Below, one piece after another: positions 39,012 to 48,820 of a stretch of DNA of 64,000 nucleotides. The stretch is from a virus. Taxonomy: Duplodnaviria; Caudoviricetes. Under the pieces are notes generated by a model. The model was not told where the DNA came from. It worked only from the letters and a program-made list of their open reading frames with translations, and ran no database searches. A program made the translations under genes and the position numbers. The first letter of the stretch is position 1, and each line of letters begins with the position of its first letter. Location: the IMG/VR virus record IMGVR_UViG_3300007280_000474. One strand, written 5' to 3'.

Positions 39012-39025
39012 TCATTTTTCTCCAA

Positions 39026-39045
39026 GCATCACTTACGGCTGACGC
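39026..39045 (-). promoter_or_regulatory. Candidate translational operator hairpin of polB
   Basis: GCGUCA-GCCGUAAG-UGAUGC (6-bp stem, 8-nt loop) directly 5' of SD GGAG. Confidence 0.5.
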
Positions 39046-39101
39046 AATACCTATACTAATATATATGCCGTTAGGCACTATACGACCAACATTATTGGCT
39101 A

Positions 39102-39365
39102 TTAAAGAGTCTTACCGACTGTTTCTAAAATTGTTTCTAGTTCGTCAAACTTGTCGTATTCATCCTGGAAACTTGCTTTATGTGCAATTCGGATTGCTTT
39201 GTTTACGACTGCTGGCTTGAGGTCCATCTCTTCTGAGATTGCTTTTACTGTGTCTCGTAGACCTTCTTTGAGAGTTTCGATTTCGAAAGTAACTTGCATA
39301 CCTTCTTCAATCAAACGTTTTAGACGTGCTTGTTCTTCTTGATTAAATGTTCTGTTAAATGCCAT
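39102..39365 (-). CDS. T4 DsbA/GapR-like dsDNA-binding protein
   Basis: LKRLIEEG...LKEGLRDTVKAISEE.DLKP. Confidence 0.7.
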   Translation of the reverse strand: MAFNRTFNQEEQARLKRLIEEGMQVTFEIETLKEGLRDTVKAISEEMDLKPAVVNKAIRIAHKASFQDEYDKFDELETILETVGKTL

Positions 39366-39367
39366 TC

Positions 39368-39577
39368 TTACCTCTGTGTGTTAATGTTGATATTTACTTC
39401 TATTGGTTCTATTATAGCATCATTACTGGCATTGTCAACCTCGACAGTAAATGTCTGTTGAGTACCAGTAAACGGTTCAAATTCTAATTGTTCTAAGATG
39501 GATCTATCTTTGATTACATTCCCTTGTTCATCAACTGCAATAAATTGATTACCAACGAAATGTACTGTGACTAACAT
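39368..39577 (-). CDS. Hypothetical protein
   Basis: 69-aa ORF. Confidence 0.55.
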   Translation of the reverse strand: MLVTVHFVGNQFIAVDEQGNVIKDRSILEQLEFEPFTGTQQTFTVEVDNASNDAIIEPIEVNININTQR

Positions 39578-39886
39578 TTAGACTTCTACCGAAGCCTCAA
39601 ATGTAAACTGGATATCATCAAACTCGTCAAACAGTTGTTCTGATATGGCATCGCCCTCGTCTGCATCAATTTCCTCATCGAGGACGATTTCATATATCCA
39701 CATATCACCATCTTCATCTTCTGATGTGTATGCCATAACTTCTATACCTACTGATTGCTTTTCGTCATCATAGGCTTTGACTAGTTTGGTTGCTACAACA
39801 CTTTGAACAATATCATAATACACCATGACGTCCTGATCACTCAGTTCCTCTCTGGTTAACATTCTTGCAAAGTGTTTATAAAACAT
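39578..39886 (-). CDS. Hypothetical acidic protein
   Basis: 102-aa ORF. Confidence 0.6.
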   Translation of the reverse strand: MFYKHFARMLTREELSDQDVMVYYDIVQSVVATKLVKAYDDEKQSVGIEVMAYTSEDEDGDMWIYEIVLDEEIDADEGDAISEQLFDEFDDIQFTFEASVEV

Positions 39887-39889
39887 ATC

Positions 39890-40219
39890 TTACTTCTTAT
39901 TTGTAAATGCTTGAGCGCCGAAAAAGGCTGCTACAATACCTGCTACGGCTACAAAGTATGTTGGTGCCATATCGCCTAGTGTTTTTTGTGCTTGGTCTAG
40001 TCCTGCTAAACTTGCACACACTACAGCAAATGGATACAACAACATTCCGCCTAATGAGAACCATGCCATCTTACGTTGTGCATCTCTCATTGCATCCTGG
40101 TCTTCTAGCTCTTTACGTCTAAACTCCAAGTACATTGCTTCTTCTTGCTTTGACACTTTTCCATCTCCGTTAGTATCGGCAGGATGGTGTGTCGCTGTTT
40201 TGGTTACTTCTTCTGTCAT
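39890..40219 (-). CDS. 2-TM membrane protein with EF-hand-like loop (holin-like?)
   Basis: DTNGDGKVS followed by two TM helices; late promoter at 40244-40251. Confidence 0.6.
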   Translation of the reverse strand: MTEEVTKTATHHPADTNGDGKVSKQEEAMYLEFRRKELEDQDAMRDAQRKMAWFSLGGMLLYPFAVVCASLAGLDQAQKTLGDMAPTYFVAVAGIVAAFFGAQAFTNKK

Positions 40220-40255
40220 GTAATACTCCTACCGTTGTAGTAGTATTTATCACAA

Positions 40256-40909
40256 TTAAGCAGTATCGAACTTAACCCTGTTGATCATTGTTTCTTTGAA
40301 CCCTGTGAACTTGTTCACATTGTGTGGTTTTACATATCCTGCAATAGTATATGTCTCACCAACAACAGGCATATCGCCTCCGTATGGCTTAAAGAACTTT
40401 AACAGATGCTTATCGTCAATGCTAGTAGTTACCAAATGACTTTCTGTAGCAGGAATGTACTTAACAAATTCAACTTTGACTATAAAAGTACAACGTGTGT
40501 TCTGCGTACCTTGGTATTCGCTAGTATGTCCTAACTTACGCTCTCTGTCAGTCCATGTGTCAGACTTTACTTTGTTCAAGTAAACATTAGGCAGACTTGC
40601 GGCAATACCTAGAGAACTCTTGTCAGTTGATTTACTTGTAACGAACCCTAGCACTTTCTTTTCAAACTCAGTGAGATTACGCTCAAGTGCTTTAAAGCCA
40701 AGTCCTTGTAGATAACTGATTACTTCTTCTGCTTGCTCGCGATCAGCATCAACGATTTCAACTTTGTCACCTTCGCAAAAATGCTTGTACAAGTATGAAC
40801 TATTTGATTTCTTTTCTTCCGAGTCAAAGCCTTTCTTTATAAAGCCTTCGTTGATTCGCTGTATTGCACAACTTGCTGAAATAACTTCAGTGACTGAATA
40901 CTCTACCAT
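40256..40909 (-). CDS. Hypothetical protein (possible C-terminal OB fold)
   Basis: Start MVEYSV with SD AGGAG; ends ETMINRVK. Confidence 0.6.
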   Translation of the reverse strand: MVEYSVTEVISASCAIQRINEGFIKKGFDSEEKKSNSSYLYKHFCEGDKVEIVDADREQAEEVISYLQGLGFKALERNLTEFEKKVLGFVTSKSTDKSSLGIAASLPNVYLNKVKSDTWTDRERKLGHTSEYQGTQNTRCTFIVKVEFVKYIPATESHLVTTSIDDKHLLKFFKPYGGDMPVVGETYTIAGYVKPHNVNKFTGFKETMINRVKFDTA

Positions 40910-40920
40910 GCTACTCTCCT

Positions 40921-41496
40921 TTAAGATACGATTTGCTTGTAAATATGTTCCCACTTGCTAAGTCTGACAGCAGGGCCATCATACTTGCTGTTGTGGTCGT
41001 GTGCTACAAGAATACCATTCAACCCTAAGTTGATTCCACAGTCTACGTTCTGTGGTTTGTCTTCTACCCAGTAGCAACCTGAATCTTTATACGGTAATAG
41101 TGCATCGTCTTTGTCAGCACCCGTATCTAGATAAACATATCTCTCAAACACTGTTGGTCCAAATGTTTCAATTAAGTTCTTTGTTCTTAAGTGTTGAGAG
41201 TAATCGTCATTACTCAATGAAGTAATTGCATGGAATATAAATCCATGTTCTTCATGCAGTTTCTTAACGTATTTGATTGAATCCCTTAGTGGTGGCAGTT
41301 TCCTAATCCACGCACTTTCATTGAACATTCTGATGAAACGTTTTGCTTCAATTGGGTCCATGTCATACTTAATGTTCATCAAGTATTCACCTGGCTTCTT
41401 AATCTCAAATCCATGCCTTGACATCCAATGGTCAAATGCATATTCCCAATCAAATAGAACGCCATCACAATCGACTAGTATCAGTTTGTCTTTCAT
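40921..41496 (-). CDS. HAD-family 5'(3')-nucleotidase-like protein
   Basis: LVDCDGVL, ITS, WVEDK. Confidence 0.8.
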   Translation of the reverse strand: MKDKLILVDCDGVLFDWEYAFDHWMSRHGFEIKKPGEYLMNIKYDMDPIEAKRFIRMFNESAWIRKLPPLRDSIKYVKKLHEEHGFIFHAITSLSNDDYSQHLRTKNLIETFGPTVFERYVYLDTGADKDDALLPYKDSGCYWVEDKPQNVDCGINLGLNGILVAHDHNSKYDGPAVRLSKWEHIYKQIVS

Positions 41497-41526
41497 GAAG
41501 TTTCTACTCTTTCTTAACATACAACT

Positions 41527-41587
41527 ATTATACATATATACAGCCGCAAAGTCAAGTAGAATTTTAGTTTATTTTTCAATGACTTAC
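41527..41587 (-). promoter_or_regulatory. Early promoter with upstream GTAAGTCATTG element
   Basis: TTGACT-17-TATAAT; element 21 nt upstream of the -35. Confidence 0.85.
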
Positions 41588-41598
41588 AAATTTCAGTC

Positions 41599-41627
41599 AA
41601 AAAAATGCCCTCCGAAGAGGGCATTTT
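41599..41627 (-). terminator. Intrinsic terminator after the structural gene
   Basis: AAAATGCCCTC-TTCG-GAGGGCATTTT followed by a T tract. Confidence 0.9.
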
Positions 41628-41650
41628 ATGCACCTACCTAGTGTATAATC

Positions 41651-44600
41651 TTATGCAAAGTTATACTGTAGACTTGCTGTCATTGCACCTGTGCTTGGTG
41701 TAGCCGCTGTACTACCATCACTTTGAACGAAACTTACAGTTACACCTGCGTTCTTAGTTAAAGTAATATCACCGTCTAATTCAACAATGTATGTACCAAT
41801 TGTTGTACAATCTGCATCATCAATTGCTACTAATGTTGAACCAGATGTGCCGTTTTCTGTAATCTTAATTGCGTTTACAGAACCACCACTAAATGCTGTA
41901 CTTACTTTGATAACTAGTTTGTTAGCATAATAAGTTCTAGCAGAGTTATTTGGCATAGTACCAATACTAAATGAGTTGTCACTGCTGTTAGCACTGAACG
42001 CTGCTCTTAGTAATAACCCTTCTGGAGCATTTGCTGCAACATAATCAACTATCGCACCTGCTGTTGGTAACAACGCATCGTTGTCACTTACAGTTGTTGC
42101 AATATCAGTTACTGTATTTGTTCCATCTGTTAATGAACCAAAACTTACTGCACCACTAAATGTACCAGTTGCACCGCTGATGTTACCTGAAACATCACCA
42201 GTTACGTCTGCTGTTACACTGTTAAATGATACATTTGATGTAGTTTCAACAGCCTGACCAATTGCAATTACACCAGTTGAACTGTTGTATGTTACACCAG
42301 TACCACCTGATAAGTGTGCTCTAACTTCGCTTGCACTTGAACCAGTGAATGTTAATACACCAGTTGTGCTGTTATATGTTAGTGAACCATCGCCACTTAC
42401 ATCATCAACGCTGATTGAGCTTCTTGATCTTGCGTTAGTGAAGTATACGTTAGTTGTACCTTCTGACAAGTCATCAGTGTCATGGTTAGCAATCGAACTA
42501 ACTGTACCAGTTACATCACCAGTTAAATCACCAGTTACATTACCTGTTACGTTACCAGTTAAGTTACCTGTAACATCACCAGTAACATCACCTGTTACAT
42601 CACCTGTAACATCACCAGTTACGTCACCTGTGAATGATGAACCAATAAATGCTTTAGTACCTGCGTTATATGCAACACTGTTGTCTGATGCTCTAACATT
42701 ACCTGTGTGTACACCTGCACTGTTACCAGTCAAGTTACCTGTAACGTTACCTGTTACATCACCAGTCACATCACCTGTAACATCACCAGTTAAATCACCA
42801 GTTACATTACCTGTTACGTTTCCTGTTAAGTTACCAGTTACATCACCAGTTACATCACCTGTGAATGTAGCATCTGAACCGTCAGTACCTGATTCAAGTA
42901 CTTTTTGTCCACCACTTGCTAACACGTCACCAGTTAAGTTACCAGTTGTGTTACCTGTTACATTACCTGTTACGGAACCTGTAAAGGATGCATCAGTGCC
43001 GTCTGTACCTGCTTCAAGTATTTTACTTGTACCATTGCTTGCATAAACATCACCGTTTAAGTCACCTGTAACATCACCAGTTACATCACCAGTTAAGTTA
43101 CCTGTAACATCACCTGTAACATCACCAGTTAAATCACCTTCAAATGCGTTAGCAACAAAAGTTTCGTTTCCTACACTCCACTTGCTACCAGCACCTGTGT
43201 AAATGATCTGCTTCATTACACCGCCAACGTTTGCTTCTAAACCAACGTCAGTACCTGTTGTACCATTACCATTAACACGAACGACTGCGTCGTTTGTTGC
43301 TACAGTAGTTGATTGTACAATAGTTTGTGTACCTTGAACTGTTAAGTTACCAGTAATAACTGCGTCACCGTCAACGTTAACTGTGCTACTTGTAATGTCG
43401 TCCGATGTGAACGTACCAGTTACAGTTAAGTTTGCAATGCTTGCACCGTCTACAATACCAACTTCAACTTTGTTGTCAGTAATTGTTGTTTCTATTTGAC
43501 CGTCTGTACCTTCAATAGTTAAAGTTTCACCATTATTAATAGTGTCGTTTGAACCATTGTCACCAGCAATATCAAAAGTTGAGCCAACTGCTGCTGTTGT
43601 TGCTGATGTGATACGACCTTTTGAGTCTATTGTTATAACAGGAACTGCACTTGTACTACCATAACTACCTGCGTTAACGCCTGTGTTATCTAGTGTAGTT
43701 GTTAATGTAATGTTCTGACTACCATCAAAAGAAGTAGCAGTTGCATCAACGTCACCATCGATAGTAATTGTTCTTGCATTTTGTAATGTAGTTGCTGTAT
43801 CTGCATTACCAGTTACATCACCTGTAACATCACCAGTTAAATCACCGACAACATCACCTGTTACATTACCTGTTACATTACCTGTTAAGTTACCAGTAAC
43901 ATCACCAGTTACGTCACCTGTTACATCACCAGTTAAATCACCAGTAACATCGCCTGTTACGTTTCCTGTTAAGTTACCTGTTACATTACCTGTTACATTA
44001 CCTGTAACATCACCTGTTAAGTTACCTGTAACATCACCAGTTACGTCACCAGTCACGTCGCCTGTTACAGCACCTGTGAATGAAGAGCCTGTGAATGCTT
44101 TAGTGCCTGCATTGTATGCAACACTGTTATCTGCAGCTCTTACGTTACCAGTATGAACACCTGTTGTGTTACCTGTTACGTTTCCTGTTACGTTACCAGT
44201 TAAGTTACCTGTAACATTACCTGTTACATCACCAGTTACGTCACCAGTCAAGTCACCTGTTACATCACCTGTAACATCACCTGTTAAGTTACCAGTTACG
44301 TTACCTGTTACATCACCTGTTAAGTCGCCAGTTACATCACCAGTTACATCACCTGTTAAGTTACCAACAAAGTTTGTTGAAGTAACACTGCTTAAACCAG
44401 TTAATGTTGTTGACAATGCAATGTTTGCAGCCTGTCCTGAAACAGTAACACCTAAGTTGCCGTTGCTGGATTGGATTCTTAAAGTTTGACTGTCTAAGTC
44501 AACTGAACCTGTGCCGCTGTTACCTGCGATGTCTAATGCTGTTGCACCTAACTGTGAATCAACGTATGCTTTTACAGACTGCTGTGTTGGTACTAACTGT

Positions 44601-46684
44601 GAACTATCACTGTTAAAGTCATCTTCGTCTACAAAACCTGTGATTGTAATTGAACCATCTGTTAATGAACCAAATGATACTAAACCACTTACGTCTGCTG
44701 TTGCTGCTTCTAAACCTGCTGAAGCAATAAAGTTAGTTGCACTTACGTTACCACTGAACGCACCAGTTGTTGCACCACTTAATGCACCACTACTTAATGT
44801 AGCAGTACCATCTGTTAATGAACCACCAGTAATAGCACCACTACCTGTGATGTTAGTTGCGCCACTAATAGCACCACTTGACATGCTTGCAGTACCATCT
44901 GTTAATGTACCACCAGTAATTGTACCACTTGCTGTTAAGTTAGTAAGGCTTGGACTTGCGTCTAGGCTGATGTCAACTATGTCTGTTGCTGAAACAGAAG
45001 TTGTAATGTTGTTACCACCTCTTACTAATACTGAGTCACCGCCGTCAATTGCTTGTGAACCACTATCAGCAGTCAATGTCCAAGAAGTTTGTAGAGCTGA
45101 TTCACCAGCTGCTGTTAAACGTCCTTGTGCGTCAACTGTAAAGTTTGGAATAGTTGTAGCATTACCATATGAACCAGCAGTTACCGCAGTGTTGTCTAGT
45201 ACGACTTCACCGTTAGTTGCAGTAATACCAGTACCACCTGTTACTCTAGCGTCGATAGCAGCGTTTGCTCTAGCAACTGTGTAGTATAAGTTACTACCTT
45301 CTGCTAAATCACCTGTATCGTGGTTTGAAAGGTCTGAAACTGTACCAGTAACAACACCAGTAACATCACCAGTAAATACTGCATCAGAACCATCTGTTCC
45401 TGCTTCAAGTATTTTCTGTCCGCCACTTGCGTAAACGTCACCAGTTAAGTCACCTGTAACATCACCTGTTACGTCACCAGTTAAATCACCTTCAAATGTT
45501 CCTGCAACAAATGTCTCCGAACCTACGGACCATTTGTTACTTGCGCCAGTGTAAACGATCTGCTTCATGTTGCCACCTACATTGGCTTCAAAACCAACGT
45601 CTGTGCCAGTAGTACCTGCAGAGTTAACTCTGAAGATTGGATCGCTTGCTTCAACTGTTGTAGAGTTAACTGTTGTCTGTGTACCTTGAACTGTCAAGTT
45701 ACCAGTAATAACAGCATCACCATCAACGTTAACTGTTGATGATGTAATATCGTCCGATGTAAATGTGCCTGTAACTGTTAAGTTAGCAATTTGTGCACCA
45801 TCAACAATACCAATCTCTACTTTATTATCTGAAATTGTTGTTTCTATTTGATTTGAAGTACCTTCAAAAGTAATAGTTTCACCACCTGCAACTGCGTCAT
45901 CAGAACCAATATCACCTGAAAGAGTGAAACCTGTAGCAATAGTTGCTGTTGAAGTCGCTGTAACACGACCCTTAGCATCAATTGTTAGGATTGGAACTGC
46001 TGCTGCACCACCAACTGTACCTGCTGTAACACCGCTGTTTGCGAGTGTCATAGCAACTGTTGCTGTGTCGCCTGCGTTCTGGAATGTTGCTGAACCTGTT
46101 GCGTCTCCGCTAAGTGCTACTGTAACTGCACTTGAAAGACCGTTAGCATCATCCGCTGTACCAGTCAAGTCACCTATGAAACCTGAGTTTGCAGTAAGTG
46201 TTGTAAATGTACCAGCCGCCGCAGTTGAACCACCAATAACGATATTATCAAGTGTACCACCTGTTAATGAAACGCTATTGCTGTTCTGTGTAGCGATTGT
46301 ACCAAGACCCAAATTGGATCTTGCACCTGCTGCTGTACTTGCTCCAGTACCACCCGTAGAGACTGCTAATTGTGTATTTGTATTAATAAAATTAGCATCG
46401 CTAAGAGAGATATTAGCTGCTGAGCCCGTACCATTATTGACTTGAACAATACCAGTTGAACTACTTAAATCAACACCGGTACCACCGTATTGCGTCGCTA
46501 CTGCTGTCGCCGTCCATGCACCCGAAGTAACGCTGCCTAAGCGTAAGTCCTCTAATGTACTACCATCGGATTGTGTAAGGTCAAATCTTCCGTTGCCGGA
46601 ATCATACTTGAGGCGTCCCCCACTTTTACCCAATTGGACGTCGGACGCGATACCTTTGATACCAAAGTTTTTAATGTCCGCCAT
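41651..46684 (-). CDS. Long tail-fibre/virion structural protein with G[D/N][V/L]T tetrapeptide repeats
   Basis: 1677 aa, G/T/S-rich, internal duplications; late promoter at 46737-46744. Confidence 0.8.
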   Translation of the reverse strand: MADIKNFGIKGIASDVQLGKSGGRLKYDSGNGRFDLTQSDGSTLEDLRLGSVTSGAWTATAVATQYGGTGVDLSSSTGIVQVNNGTGSAANISLSDANFINTNTQLAVSTGGTGASTAAGARSNLGLGTIATQNSNSVSLTGGTLDNIVIGGSTAAAGTFTTLTANSGFIGDLTGTADDANGLSSAVTVALSGDATGSATFQNAGDTATVAMTLANSGVTAGTVGGAAAVPILTIDAKGRVTATSTATIATGFTLSGDIGSDDAVAGGETITFEGTSNQIETTISDNKVEIGIVDGAQIANLTVTGTFTSDDITSSTVNVDGDAVITGNLTVQGTQTTVNSTTVEASDPIFRVNSAGTTGTDVGFEANVGGNMKQIVYTGASNKWSVGSETFVAGTFEGDLTGDVTGDVTGDLTGDVYASGGQKILEAGTDGSDAVFTGDVTGVVTGTVSDLSNHDTGDLAEGSNLYYTVARANAAIDARVTGGTGITATNGEVVLDNTAVTAGSYGNATTIPNFTVDAQGRLTAAGESALQTSWTLTADSGSQAIDGGDSVLVRGGNNITTSVSATDIVDISLDASPSLTNLTASGTITGGTLTDGTASMSSGAISGATNITGSGAITGGSLTDGTATLSSGALSGATTGAFSGNVSATNFIASAGLEAATADVSGLVSFGSLTDGSITITGFVDEDDFNSDSSQLVPTQQSVKAYVDSQLGATALDIAGNSGTGSVDLDSQTLRIQSSNGNLGVTVSGQAANIALSTTLTGLSSVTSTNFVGNLTGDVTGDVTGDLTGDVTGNVTGNLTGDVTGDVTGDLTGDVTGDVTGNVTGNLTGNVTGNVTGNTTGVHTGNVRAADNSVAYNAGTKAFTGSSFTGAVTGDVTGDVTGDVTGNLTGDVTGNVTGNVTGNLTGNVTGDVTGDLTGDVTGDVTGDVTGNLTGNVTGNVTGDVVGDLTGDVTGDVTGNADTATTLQNARTITIDGDVDATATSFDGSQNITLTTTLDNTGVNAGSYGSTSAVPVITIDSKGRITSATTAAVGSTFDIAGDNGSNDTINNGETLTIEGTDGQIETTITDNKVEVGIVDGASIANLTVTGTFTSDDITSSTVNVDGDAVITGNLTVQGTQTIVQSTTVATNDAVVRVNGNGTTGTDVGLEANVGGVMKQIIYTGAGSKWSVGNETFVANAFEGDLTGDVTGDVTGNLTGDVTGDVTGDLNGDVYASNGTSKILEAGTDGTDASFTGSVTGNVTGNTTGNLTGDVLASGGQKVLESGTDGSDATFTGDVTGDVTGNLTGNVTGNVTGDLTGDVTGDVTGDVTGNVTGNLTGNSAGVHTGNVRASDNSVAYNAGTKAFIGSSFTGDVTGDVTGDVTGDVTGDVTGNLTGNVTGNVTGDLTGDVTGTVSSIANHDTDDLSEGTTNVYFTNARSRSSISVDDVSGDGSLTYNSTTGVLTFTGSSASEVRAHLSGGTGVTYNSSTGVIAIGQAVETTSNVSFNSVTADVTGDVSGNISGATGTFSGAVSFGSLTDGTNTVTDIATTVSDNDALLPTAGAIVDYVAANAPEGLLLRAAFSANSSDNSFSIGTMPNNSARTYYANKLVIKVSTAFSGGSVNAIKITENGTSGSTLVAIDDADCTTIGTYIVELDGDITLTKNAGVTVSFVQSDGSTAATPSTGAMTASLQYNFA
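42500..44370. repeat. Arrays of 12-nt coding repeats (ACATCACCAGTT variants)
   Basis: Dozens of GDVT/GNVT/GNLT codon units in several blocks. Confidence 0.9.
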
Positions 46685-46773
46685 TTTTTATCTCCTAATA
46701 TATGTCATCGATAACATTATAATCTAATGTTATCTATATTTATCAATTCTAGGAAATAAACTTATGTATAGAG

Positions 46774-48801
46774 TTAAACGTAAGTGAGTTTGACAGTGAC
46801 AACACCTTGGGCTGAATTCTCATGTGTGCAACGTGCTCTAACCTGTAAATCTTGATTATTTGATGCAGGATATATGTAGTTTGGTGAGTATTCAAATGCT
46901 GAAGCATCACTTAAATCATTTGACGAAGCGGGAACGTATGCATCTGGATCAAGTAATGTTCCTACTTGAATATTTGGTATAGCATTTGGATTACCACCAC
47001 TGAATGCGTTAGTAACATCTACTGAAACGTTTAGTATACGTCTTCCTGGAGATATATTACCAAGCACCTGTGTGGTTGCTGTACCAAACCCGCCCACTGG
47101 CATTGTGAATGTAGTTGTTAAAGTCTTAGCATCAGTTGTAGAACTGTCTGCATTTGATATCATTGTCCATGTTGCACCAGTATAGATATAGATACCCCAC
47201 TCGCCATCGCCCTTGTTGAGAACGTATGCTTGGTCTCCGGGCTCTGCAGTCAGTGCATTCCTTGATGAAATGTCTGCAACAACCTTAGTACCAGCAACTC
47301 TTAGACCTTGTTCAATGTTCATTGCTAATGGATATTGTCCAGTGTGTCCACTAGCAATACCTGTAGCAGTTCTAAAGTATTCTGTGCTTTCGAATATTAA
47401 TATCTCACCGCCATCGCTTCGTGTGAGTTTTAATCTTTGTGTACCTGGGGCATTTGTTTGTGCTGGTAAGCCTGAAATGTTACCTGTGCCAACGAATGGT
47501 TGCCCGTTTCCATCTGGAATGTTTGCTGAAATATTTACAGTGTTACCATTTGCTTCTGTAATCTTTAGCAAGTTAGAACCTGTTACTGTTGCTGTTAAGT
47601 TTGCTATGCCAGCAGCATTAATGTCTGCCGCCATATCTTCTGCAATACCTACAGCAATACCGTACGTTGCTTGTCCAGCAGTGTCTGTAGTAAAGTTAAC
47701 TAATGTGTTACCAGAACCAGTGTTAAAATGGGCACTAAACGGAACGTATCCACCTACTAGACCGTATGCTACAGCACTTGTATCTGAAATAATCTCTGTG
47801 GTTGTTGCTACACTGGATGCAGTAACATGGTGATTAGCAGTATCATTATTAATAGTGCTTTCAATCTCATGTATTTGTGCGTTTGCATTACTTGAAAAGA
47901 ATATTAATGACTTACCATTTAATTTAATTGTGTGGTTAGCAGGCACTTCGGGGCCATCTTCTGTGCCCGTTAGTACAGTTGGAATAGCATCTTGTACATT
48001 TAAGAATGCTGCTTTACCTGTGTCTGCTGTACCAAGTGTACCATCATTTTGTACATATATGTAGTCACCTTGACTTCCAGGAATCTTAGGATCAAAGTCA
48101 ATTATTCTATTGTTAGGTGCCATAATGAACTGATTTGGTCCTGGTCCTGCATCTACTACAGTACCAATCATTCTGTTCATTGTGTCAGCATTTGCTTTAC
48201 CAAAGCCGTTGCTTGTAACTGCTACAACATCACCGATACTGAAGCCGTGTGCATCTTGATGTAAAATGTAATTAAGTTGAGGATTCAAGTATTGAAATCT
48301 ACTTACCACTGTTGCATAAAAGTCTGAACTAACAATACCTGGTAATGGATCTAACAGAGGTAAACCATTCTCATTTAGTGAGAAAACAACCGCGGCACCA
48401 TTACTGAACATACCGTTACCAGTTGTGCTTTTGAATGTGTTGTAACGTAATACGTCTTCAACTACTGCTGTGACACTTGTCTTTGTTTTAGCACTAATAC
48501 TTACAATTTTTAAACACTGTCCTGTACTAGCACCTGCAATCCAATCGCCTACAATAATATCTAAGCCATTGAACTTTTTGTTTTCTCTGGTTAAGTGAGA
48601 ACCGTGCGTTTGTTCTGTTACACTGAATGTGATTTCCCATCTATAATATTTCTTAGTGTTGGAACCTTCGTACCACGGATCCGCTGAGCCGTTAGCATGA
48701 GGCCAATATGCAGTACCACTTTGTGCTGATACAGAACACGATAAAACCTTATTAGGAAAGTTAAGTTTTATGTGTCCTGTTCTATAAGAAATCTCAGACA
48801 T
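46774..48801 (-). CDS. Putative virion structural protein
   Basis: 675 aa within the late structural cluster. Confidence 0.65.
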   Translation of the reverse strand: MSEISYRTGHIKLNFPNKVLSCSVSAQSGTAYWPHANGSADPWYEGSNTKKYYRWEITFSVTEQTHGSHLTRENKKFNGLDIIVGDWIAGASTGQCLKIVSISAKTKTSVTAVVEDVLRYNTFKSTTGNGMFSNGAAVVFSLNENGLPLLDPLPGIVSSDFYATVVSRFQYLNPQLNYILHQDAHGFSIGDVVAVTSNGFGKANADTMNRMIGTVVDAGPGPNQFIMAPNNRIIDFDPKIPGSQGDYIYVQNDGTLGTADTGKAAFLNVQDAIPTVLTGTEDGPEVPANHTIKLNGKSLIFFSSNANAQIHEIESTINNDTANHHVTASSVATTTEIISDTSAVAYGLVGGYVPFSAHFNTGSGNTLVNFTTDTAGQATYGIAVGIAEDMAADINAAGIANLTATVTGSNLLKITEANGNTVNISANIPDGNGQPFVGTGNISGLPAQTNAPGTQRLKLTRSDGGEILIFESTEYFRTATGIASGHTGQYPLAMNIEQGLRVAGTKVVADISSRNALTAEPGDQAYVLNKGDGEWGIYIYTGATWTMISNADSSTTDAKTLTTTFTMPVGGFGTATTQVLGNISPGRRILNVSVDVTNAFSGGNPNAIPNIQVGTLLDPDAYVPASSNDLSDASAFEYSPNYIYPASNNQDLQVRARCTHENSAQGVVTVKLTYV

Positions 48802-48820
48802 CTAATATTAAACCCTTGAA

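Noticed and set aside
42500-44370. Repeat arrays as possible CRISPR or DGR
   Set aside because: In-frame 12-nt coding repeats without spacers; no cas or reverse transcriptase gene in the window
42285-46445. Long + strand ORFs (VTSPVT repeats)
   Set aside because: Antisense shadows of the repetitive fibre gene
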